From IMG/VR virus record IMGVR_UViG_3300042014_000090: DNA of 20,000 nucleotides, one strand, 5' to 3'. This DNA comes from an uncultured virus (IMG/VR IMGVR_UViG_3300042014_000090) (Duplodnaviria > Heunggongvirae > Uroviricota > Caudoviricetes). Under the pieces are notes generated by a model. That model was not told the DNA's origin, ran no database searches, and worked only from the letters and a program-made list of their open reading frames with translations. Shown here piece after piece: positions 14,556 to 20,000 of this stretch; position 1 is the stretch's first letter; every line of letters starts with the position of its first letter. The translations under genes and the position numbers were made by a program.

Positions 14556-14774
14556 ATGGGGCCCAAGACAACCAAGGCTTACGAGACGATCCACGCCCGT
14601 CTGAGCAGCGGCGAATACCCGGCAGGCGAACGCATCCCCTCCGAGCGCGCCCTCGTCGAGCAGCTCGACATCGGCCGGACTGCGCTGCGCCAGGTGCTCA
14701 CCCGGCTCGTGTACGAGGGGCACCTCGAAGTGCACGATCGCAGCTGCTACCGAGCAGCCAAGGAGATGCCATGA
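14556..14774 (+). CDS. Stand-alone GntR-family winged-HTH regulator, 72 aa
   Basis: SGEYPAGERIPSERALVEQLDIGRTALRQVLTRLVYEGHL. Confidence 0.88.
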   Translation: MGPKTTKAYETIHARLSSGEYPAGERIPSERALVEQLDIGRTALRQVLTRLVYEGHLEVHDRSCYRAAKEMP

Positions 14775-14932
14775 GCAGCCACTGGAAGTTCGAGGTCCAC
14801 GTCAAGACGCCCGGCGAGAAGGACGACGAGCAGGCAACGGTCGAGCAGTTCGCCGACCTCGTCCAGTCGATCGCGCGCATCCTCGACCGCGACGATCTTG
14901 AGGTCACAGTCTCCGAGGTCGAGCGGAACTAG
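14771..14932 (+). CDS. Hypothetical protein, 53 aa (MSSHWKFEVHVK...)
   Basis: AGGAG RBS; ATGA coupling to the GntR gene. Confidence 0.7.
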   Translation: MSSHWKFEVHVKTPGEKDDEQATVEQFADLVQSIARILDRDDLEVTVSEVERN

Positions 14933-14997
14933 CGCCGCCAGCCACTCAGCGCGATGAGGCCGACCTCGATCAGCAGGATGATCTGAAACAGGGACAT
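14929..14997 (-). CDS. 22-aa hydrophobic peptide MSLFQIILLIEVGLIALSGWRR
   Basis: AAGGGA RBS; single-TM-like with a basic C-terminus; shares the CTAG stop with the convergent gene. Translated by hand. Confidence 0.55.
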   Translation of the reverse strand: MSLFQIILLIEVGLIALSGWRR

Positions 14998-15044
14998 GGC
15001 GATGTTCCCTTCAACTCTTCGTCGAGAAAGGAATGTGATCGTTT

Positions 15045-15431
15045 ATGCGTCCGCTGGAGTACCGCGACTATCTGGTCAGCGTGCTGAAGGATGTGTCAGG
15101 CGTACAGCATGTGAAGGCAGTTGAGAACGGCCCGTACCCTTTCGCGGTGATCGCGACAGTGGCTGGCCGGGATCTGCGTTGGCAGGTGATCGGTCAGCTG
15201 GCTGATGGGGCGAAACAGGGCGTTTCTCCCGTACGCGGTGCCCCACCCGGATTCACGGTCGCCCCGGTGACTGGCCCGCCGGATGCATGGCTGGCCAGTG
15301 TGATCGGCGGAGCGGAACCCACGGACACCGAACGGATCGATGTGTGGTCCTCCCGCGAGCCGCAGCCCCCGAGTCAGGGGCTGACTGTGTCCTTCTTCAA
15401 CGGCGAGCGAGTGTTCGTGCGTCTGGTGTGA
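15045..15431 (+). CDS. Hypothetical protein, 128 aa
   Basis: AAAGGA upstream; ordinary protein composition; less GC3-biased than the structural genes. Confidence 0.7.
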   Translation: MRPLEYRDYLVSVLKDVSGVQHVKAVENGPYPFAVIATVAGRDLRWQVIGQLADGAKQGVSPVRGAPPGFTVAPVTGPPDAWLASVIGGAEPTDTERIDVWSSREPQPPSQGLTVSFFNGERVFVRLV

Positions 15432-15506
15432 GTAGTTGTCAACCTTTGGTGACTGAGGTAGTGGTAACCTGCGTTACTACGATCTCTGTCAACCCGAGGT
15501 GGACGC

Positions 15507-15818
15507 GTGGCAAACGATCTTCAAGAGGCGGACGAGTTCGACGGGCGGCTGTACGTCCTGACCTACACCCGTTCCGACGGCACAAAGCAGACCGTGAACC
15601 CGGTCGGAGCGAAGAGCATCGCCGCGCTGGGCGCTGAGTGCGCCTTCATGGAGCTGGGGATCATGCTGATGTCCCGGCAGCACCGGCGCAACCTCATCGA
15701 AAGTCTGAAACGGGCCCCGCTGGGGACTGATGTCGACGACCCCGTTACTCGGTGCACGTTCCGCATCGACGTAGTGGGGCAACTGCCCGGCTACACCGCT
15801 GAGGGGGCCACATCGTGA
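15507..15818 (+). CDS. Hypothetical protein, 103 aa, coupled to the recombinase gene
   Basis: GAGGTGG RBS, GTG start, GTGA overlap with the recombinase. Confidence 0.7.
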   Translation: MANDLQEADEFDGRLYVLTYTRSDGTKQTVNPVGAKSIAALGAECAFMELGIMLMSRQHRRNLIESLKRAPLGTDVDDPVTRCTFRIDVVGQLPGYTAEGATS

Positions 15819-16852
15819 CCGCTCTCGTTAGAATCGCTCCTGACGAAGAATCTGACGGTCCGTCATATCTTCCGGAGCGGCGGACTCAGCTCACGAGCAC
15901 GGCCAAGGAGTGGCTGCACCGGTCCGTGCCGGTGCAGACGTTCCAGGCGTACCAGCGCGAGTGGTTCAAGTTCATCGCCTGGTGTCGGCTCCACGACATC
16001 AACCCGGTGCCGGTGACGTCCGATCACCTGACGAACTGGGTCGCGGACCGCTGCGACAACGAGAACTCGCAGAGCGCCATCAAGCAGGGCATCGCCGCCG
16101 TGGTGTTCTTCCTGAAGAACCAGTACAACGTGCCCAAGCGGCACATGCCGGACCGGGGAGATGCCTGGCGGATCCTGGCCGCCTACCGGCGGGCGCTCAT
16201 CGACTCCGGCTGGCGGCCGGACGAGGCCGCCACCTACACGGTGCCGCAGCTCCGCGCGATGGTGAACACGATCCCGGACTGGGGAGCGCTCGGCATCCGT
16301 GACCGGGCCGGACTTCTGCTGGCCACAGGGGCGTTCGCCCGACGCTCCCAGCTGGTGGGCCTCGACATCGGCGATGTCCGCTTCGCTCAGGGCAGGGTCG
16401 TCATGCACATCGCCCGCAGCAAGGAAGACCAGCAGGCACGTGGGCGTGACCTCGTCATCGACCCCGGTCCGCACCCGCTGTCCGACCCGGTCGGCGCGCT
16501 GCGGGACTGGGTCGACAACCTCAGTTCCAGGGGGATTCGGCAGGGACCGCTGTTCCGTCAGGTCCGCCGGAACACCACGCCGCTCGGCTATGGGATCCTC
16601 GACTACCGGCTCGACGGCGAGTGGCTGGGCCGGGTCGTGAAGAACGCCACCAGGGACGCGGGTATCACGGCGCCGTCCGGACGACGGTACCGGGGTCACT
16701 CTCCCCGTGCCTCCGGGGCCACGATCGCGTGGCGGGCGGGCAAGCCGTCGGTGGCCATCGCCGACCACGGCGGCTGGTCACGGAACGGCACCCAGCATCA
16801 CATGTACAACAGGCCGGAAGACCAGGAGAGCGTGACGGAGGGACTGTGGTGA
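15815..16852 (+). CDS. Tyrosine recombinase, Cre-like / phage integrase superfamily
   Basis: N-terminal core-binding domain (TFQAYQREWFKFIAWC); catalytic R (RDRAGLL...ARRSQL), K (RSKEDQ), HxxR (GHSPR), GGW, Y (HHMYNR). Confidence 0.92.
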   Translation: MTALVRIAPDEESDGPSYLPERRTQLTSTAKEWLHRSVPVQTFQAYQREWFKFIAWCRLHDINPVPVTSDHLTNWVADRCDNENSQSAIKQGIAAVVFFLKNQYNVPKRHMPDRGDAWRILAAYRRALIDSGWRPDEAATYTVPQLRAMVNTIPDWGALGIRDRAGLLLATGAFARRSQLVGLDIGDVRFAQGRVVMHIARSKEDQQARGRDLVIDPGPHPLSDPVGALRDWVDNLSSRGIRQGPLFRQVRRNTTPLGYGILDYRLDGEWLGRVVKNATRDAGITAPSGRRYRGHSPRASGATIAWRAGKPSVAIADHGGWSRNGTQHHMYNRPEDQESVTEGLW

Positions 16853-17115
16853 GCGAGTTCGTTGCGAGGACGGCCCGTGTCGAGATCGAGGAGAACGGGG
16901 ACTGGGTCCTCACCGTCCAGGGAGGCGATGTCCATGAAGTGCTGTGGAACAGTCGGGAGTTGTCGGGGGATGTGTTCCCCGGTCACTCGATGGGTCACCG
17001 GCTGATCAATCACGGCTTCATGCCGGACCGGCGCGATACACGCTGGTATGCCAGCGGGTGGCGGCCGGTGGGGAAGGATGCGTGGGTGATCCCGTGCTAC
17101 CGTGAGGACAGCTGA
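16849..17115 (+). CDS. Hypothetical protein, 88 aa (MSEFVARTARVEIEENG...)
   Basis: GTGA overlap with the recombinase stop; GGAGGG RBS. Confidence 0.7.
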   Translation: MSEFVARTARVEIEENGDWVLTVQGGDVHEVLWNSRELSGDVFPGHSMGHRLINHGFMPDRRDTRWYASGWRPVGKDAWVIPCYREDS

Positions 17116-17146
17116 TCGCTTCTCCAGGTGGATGACGGTAGCGGAG

Positions 17147-17184
17147 AGAGGTCCCTCCCCTTGTATCAGGGGGGAGGGGCCTTT
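17147..17184. terminator. Terminator hairpin between convergent operons
   Basis: AGGTCCCTCCCCTTG-TAT-CAGGGGGGAGGGGCCT followed by TT. Confidence 0.7.
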
Positions 17185-17191
17185 CGCGTGT

Positions 17192-17302
17192 TCAGAGGGC
17201 GTACTCGCGGTGCCGGAAGATGCGGTCGCCGAGCTGCCACCAGGTGGTGTACATGAGGCGGCCGGTCGGGGAGACGTAGGTGGTGCGGTGGAAGCGCAGC
17301 AT
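17192..17302 (-). CDS. Small hypothetical protein, 36 aa (MLRFHRTTYVSPTGRLMYTTWWQLGDRIFRHREYAL)
   Basis: TGATG coupling, AAGGAG RBS, all sense codons G/C-ending. Translated by hand. Confidence 0.65.
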   Translation of the reverse strand: MLRFHRTTYVSPTGRLMYTTWWQLGDRIFRHREYAL

Positions 17303-17430
17303 CACTTGGCTCCTTGTTCCTTCGCGAGATGGGTCTTGGCTTCGCGTAGGCAGTCCATGTACTTGCGTCCCGTGGCGGCCTGGATCTCGCGGGCGAGTTT
17401 CTGCTCGGGTGTGCGTGTCTTCTTGGGCAT
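17302..17430 (-). CDS. Small basic protein, 42 aa (MPKKTRTPEQKLAREIQAATGRKYMDCLREAK...)
   Basis: TGATG coupling to the upstream gene. Confidence 0.65.
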   Translation of the reverse strand: MPKKTRTPEQKLAREIQAATGRKYMDCLREAKTHLAKEQGAK

Positions 17431-17711
17431 CAGGCGACCCACTGACCAGCGGCTTTGATCCGTGTGGCGTGGTCGACGCGCTGGTACTTGATCTCGGTGG
17501 TGTGTCCGTCCCAGGTGTCGCCGCCGTTGGCGACGTGGGGGAACAGGTCGAGGTCGTCGGGGTTGATGTGCCAGCAGCACTGGCCGGTGGGAAAGCTGAT
17601 GAACAGTACCGGCCAGTCGGGCTCTGCGGGATCCGGCTGGAAGTGCGAGGGATAGCACGCGGCGAGGTGCGCCAGCAGATGGGCCCGCCCGCGGTAGACG
17701 CTGTCGCTCAT
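17430..17711 (-). CDS. WDGH-motif phage protein, 93 aa
   Basis: WPVLFISFPTGQCCWHI...LFPH...WDGHTTEIKYQR. Confidence 0.75.
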   Translation of the reverse strand: MSDSVYRGRAHLLAHLAACYPSHFQPDPAEPDWPVLFISFPTGQCCWHINPDDLDLFPHVANGGDTWDGHTTEIKYQRVDHATRIKAAGQWVA

Positions 17712-17872
17712 CAGTCGGTTTCCAGGTAGTGCAGCAGGACGATGGTGACCAGCTCGAAGGCCCGGTGCTCGGGGAATCCTGCCTCCATGTAGGCGCTGTA
17801 CATCTCGTGGAGCTGGATGGCTCTTTCGTCGAGGTTGGTCAGCGGCCGGGGGTCGGGGATCTCATTGCTCAT
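17711..17872 (-). CDS. Small helical protein, 53 aa (MSNEIPDPRPLTNLDERAIQLHEMYSAYMEAGFPEHRAFELVTIVLLHYLETD)
   Basis: GGAGAG RBS; TGATG coupling downstream; LHE.Y.A...AGF motif. Translated by hand. Confidence 0.7.
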   Translation of the reverse strand: MSNEIPDPRPLTNLDERAIQLHEMYSAYMEAGFPEHRAFELVTIVLLHYLETD

Positions 17873-18113
17873 GGGTGCTCTCCGTGGTGGTTTCCTCGTG
17901 TCGCAGGCGCGTGAGGAGGGGCTTGATCTCGTCCCAGGCTTCGTCGGCAGTCATGCCGTCGAGGACGTGTCCGGCGGCGGTCAGGCCGAGGAGGACGCCT
18001 GCCTGGAGAGCGCGTGGCTGCTGGCGTTCGCCGAGCTGGACGAGCGTCTCGCGGGCGTCGGAGATCATCAGAGCGACGTTGATACAGGCCAGGCCGTACT
18101 TGGAGGTGACCAT
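17862..18113 (-). CDS. Hypothetical protein, 83 aa (MVTSKYGLACINVALM...)
   Basis: C-terminal part of the 392-aa track ORF; start overlaps the terS stop (TGATG). Confidence 0.65.
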   Translation of the reverse strand: MVTSKYGLACINVALMISDARETLVQLGERQQPRALQAGVLLGLTAAGHVLDGMTADEAWDEIKPLLTRLRHEETTTESTHEQ

Positions 18114-18721
18114 CACTCGTCTCCCGGCTCGATGGCCGGTTTGTCGAGGCGTTCGACGGTGGCCTGGATGGTGTCGTCGGTGTTGATCAGCGCGATGAGC
18201 TGGCTGATCTCGGTGCCGATCTGGTCGGCCTCGACGGAGAAGCGTTGCGCCGCGTGGGTGCCGAGCAGTTTGGAGATCGATTCCTCGATCCGGTTGAGGC
18301 GGTCGAAGGCTTCGAGGGCGAAGCGGCGGTCCTCGACGGGGACGCCGTCCTGGAAGACGACTTTGCCCTGCTGGACCAGCACGTGCTCTTTGTTGATGGA
18401 GCCCCAGATGTGGCGCTTCATCATCTCGTAGGCCTGGAGCTGCTCCAGTCGCTTCTCGTCGACGGCGACGGTGTGGAGCAGGGCGGTGCCGCGCTGGACG
18501 GCGGCGATGGCGCGGCGGGGGTCGGGTTCGCCGGTGCGGCGGTCGATGAGGCCGAGTTCTTCGGCGATGTCCTCGGGGTCCCAGCCCATGGCCTTGAGGC
18601 GGACGGCTTCCCGGTCCCGCTTGTAGTTGTGGTACTGCGGGTAGCCGTCGGGTTTCTCTTCGGGGAGGAAGTCCTCGTCGGTGATGAGGGGGCGCTCGTC
18701 GAAGGGGATGTCGGTGCTCAT
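18113..18721 (-). CDS. terS: Putative terminase small subunit (HTH), 202 aa
   Basis: RDREAVRLKAMGWDPEDIAEELG HTH and DRLNRIEESISKLLG helix, as in actinophage small terminases; first gene of the packaging operon; GGGAG RBS. Confidence 0.65.
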   Translation of the reverse strand: MSTDIPFDERPLITDEDFLPEEKPDGYPQYHNYKRDREAVRLKAMGWDPEDIAEELGLIDRRTGEPDPRRAIAAVQRGTALLHTVAVDEKRLEQLQAYEMMKRHIWGSINKEHVLVQQGKVVFQDGVPVEDRRFALEAFDRLNRIEESISKLLGTHAAQRFSVEADQIGTEISQLIALINTDDTIQATVERLDKPAIEPGDE

Positions 18722-18754
18722 GGTGGGGTCTCCCTGCCGAGGAGAGGACAACAC

Positions 18755-18786
18755 AAAAGCCCCGCCTCAGGATTGAGACGGGGCTT
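18755..18786 (-). terminator. Rho-independent terminator in the leader of terS
   Basis: AAGCCCCGUCUCA-AUCC-UGAGGCGGGGCUUUU; the G-U pair and U-tail both give minus orientation. Confidence 0.75.
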
Positions 18787-18935
18787 GGCGTGGAGACAGC
18801 TCCAATGATGGAGCAGCTGCTTCCAGTGTACGGATGTATTATGAGAAGCAAATAGCATGTGACGCACGTCACTCTCGGCGTGTAGAGTGACGCCCGTTGC
18901 GCGGGGGTCAGCAGCCCTGCCTCCGCCAACACCCC

Positions 18936-18977
18936 GCCCCGGTGCCTGAGTTCCCCCTTCAGGCGCCGGGGCTTTTT
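18936..18977 (+). terminator. Rho-independent terminator with no upstream CDS
   Basis: GCCCCGGUGCCUGA-N9-UCAGGCGCCGGGGC-UUUUU. Confidence 0.75.
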
Positions 18978-19063
18978 GTCATGGGCCGGTCCAACCAGGC
19001 CTTGACGTTCACTACACGAACAAGCCAGTGTGTAAGACACATCTGCCAGATATGGAGACAGAC

Positions 19064-19567
19064 ATGACTGAACGACCCGCAGGATTCGACGAGTTGCTCG
19101 ACTACCTGGTGGAGCACATGCCCGACCCCGTACCCGTCCCGCAGGCCCTCGTACGGATGCTCCCCTACGGCAAGACCGCTGAACTCGCGGCGAAGGTGCT
19201 CGCCGAGGCGGACACCCTCATGGCCGCGCTGGGCACGGTGGCGCACACCGAGGACTGCGGCGGCATGGACCGTACCGAAGTCATCCGGGTCCTGGGGATC
19301 GTGTCCAGCTTCCGCCACCTCCTCGCCGAGACCGCCGCGCAGACTGCCGATCACCCCGCCCACGCGCCGCTCACCGGGACCTCCGGCCGCTCTCTCGTCC
19401 ACACCCTCGCCGACTCCATCAGCACCATGGCCGAACCGAAGGACGGCAACTGGCGGGAGGCCGCACGCAAGCAGGTCGAGAGGACCGGCTCCCGCTACGT
19501 CCAGGTGTGGAAGGCCGACGCCACTTTCTGGAACTACACCCAGCCCGCCCCGCAGGAGCAGGCGTGA
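19064..19567 (+). CDS. Hypothetical protein, 167 aa (MTERPAGFDELL...)
   Basis: GGAGA RBS; GC3-biased codons; GTGA coupling to the next gene. Confidence 0.75.
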   Translation: MTERPAGFDELLDYLVEHMPDPVPVPQALVRMLPYGKTAELAAKVLAEADTLMAALGTVAHTEDCGGMDRTEVIRVLGIVSSFRHLLAETAAQTADHPAHAPLTGTSGRSLVHTLADSISTMAEPKDGNWREAARKQVERTGSRYVQVWKADATFWNYTQPAPQEQA

Positions 19568-19995
19568 CAGCACCACGCAACCACTACAAGACCATCGCCG
19601 CCGCCCTGAGGAAGAAGATCGAGACAGGGCAGATCGCGACGAAACTGCCCTCGATGGCACAACTCGCCACTGAGTACGGCGTCTGCCTCAGCACCATCGC
19701 GCACGCTCTGAGCGTCCTCAAGGACGAAGGGCTCATCAAGACCCGCCAGGGCGCGGGAGCCTACGTCGCCACGTCCAGGGACGCACGCCCGGCCGCCGAC
19801 CGATTCGCCGACCTCATCCTCACCCGCAAGCCCGGCCAGATGCTCCCCACCGAGATCGAGATGACAGAGATCATCGGGGTCTCCCGCACCGCCCTGCGCT
19901 CAGCCATCGCCTACTTCGAGGGACGAGGACACCTCCGCCGAGGCGTCCAGCGCAGGCTCGTCGTCCGCGAACTGCCCACCCGCGAGGACCCCTGA
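19564..19995 (+). CDS. Regulator with two tandem GntR winged-HTH domains, 143 aa
   Basis: KLPSMAQLATEYGVCLSTIAHALSVLKDEGLI and PGQMLPTEIEMTEIIGVSRTALRSAIAYFEGRGHL; AGGAG RBS. Confidence 0.85.
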   Translation: MTAPRNHYKTIAAALRKKIETGQIATKLPSMAQLATEYGVCLSTIAHALSVLKDEGLIKTRQGAGAYVATSRDARPAADRFADLILTRKPGQMLPTEIEMTEIIGVSRTALRSAIAYFEGRGHLRRGVQRRLVVRELPTREDP

Positions 19996-20000
19996 ATGAC

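Noticed and set aside
15863..16768. 301-aa minus-strand ORF
   Set aside because: Antisense shadow of the tyrosine recombinase.
19002..19035. Promoter from TTGACG for the 19064 operon
   Set aside because: No convincing -10 hexamer at 16-19 nt spacing.
17862..19040. 392-aa minus-strand ORF
   Set aside because: Off-frame overlap with terS and the intergenic terminators; only the last 83 codons look like a real gene.

Overview
High-GC, actinobacterial (Streptomyces-like) siphophage or prophage segment. It carries the packaging and head-neck-tail module on the minus strand, read right to left: putative terminase small subunit (18113-18721), about 4.6 kb of accessory genes, terminase large subunit, small membrane protein, HK97-type portal, ClpP-type prohead protease, HK97-fold major capsid, three putative decoration/cement proteins, Zn-ribbon/HeH protein, head-tail adaptor, neck protein, tail terminator, major tail protein. 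Several insertions interrupt it: a two-gene endonuclease VII-like cassette with CxxGCxCxxH repeats and its own promoter and terminator, an HNH endonuclease, and an orphan XRE regulator. Between terS and terL lie a plus-strand cassette (GntR, Cre-like tyrosine recombinase), an atypical 108-nt tRNA-like RNA next to a candidate immune-signal sponge gene, and a 22-aa toxin-like peptide. Non-coding highlights are twin hairpins with an identical 10-nt loop in the leader of the decoration genes, AT-shifted codon tracts in structural genes next to the nucleases, and back-to-back short terminated transcripts upstream of terS. All family assignments come from motif recognition and synteny by eye; no searches were run.
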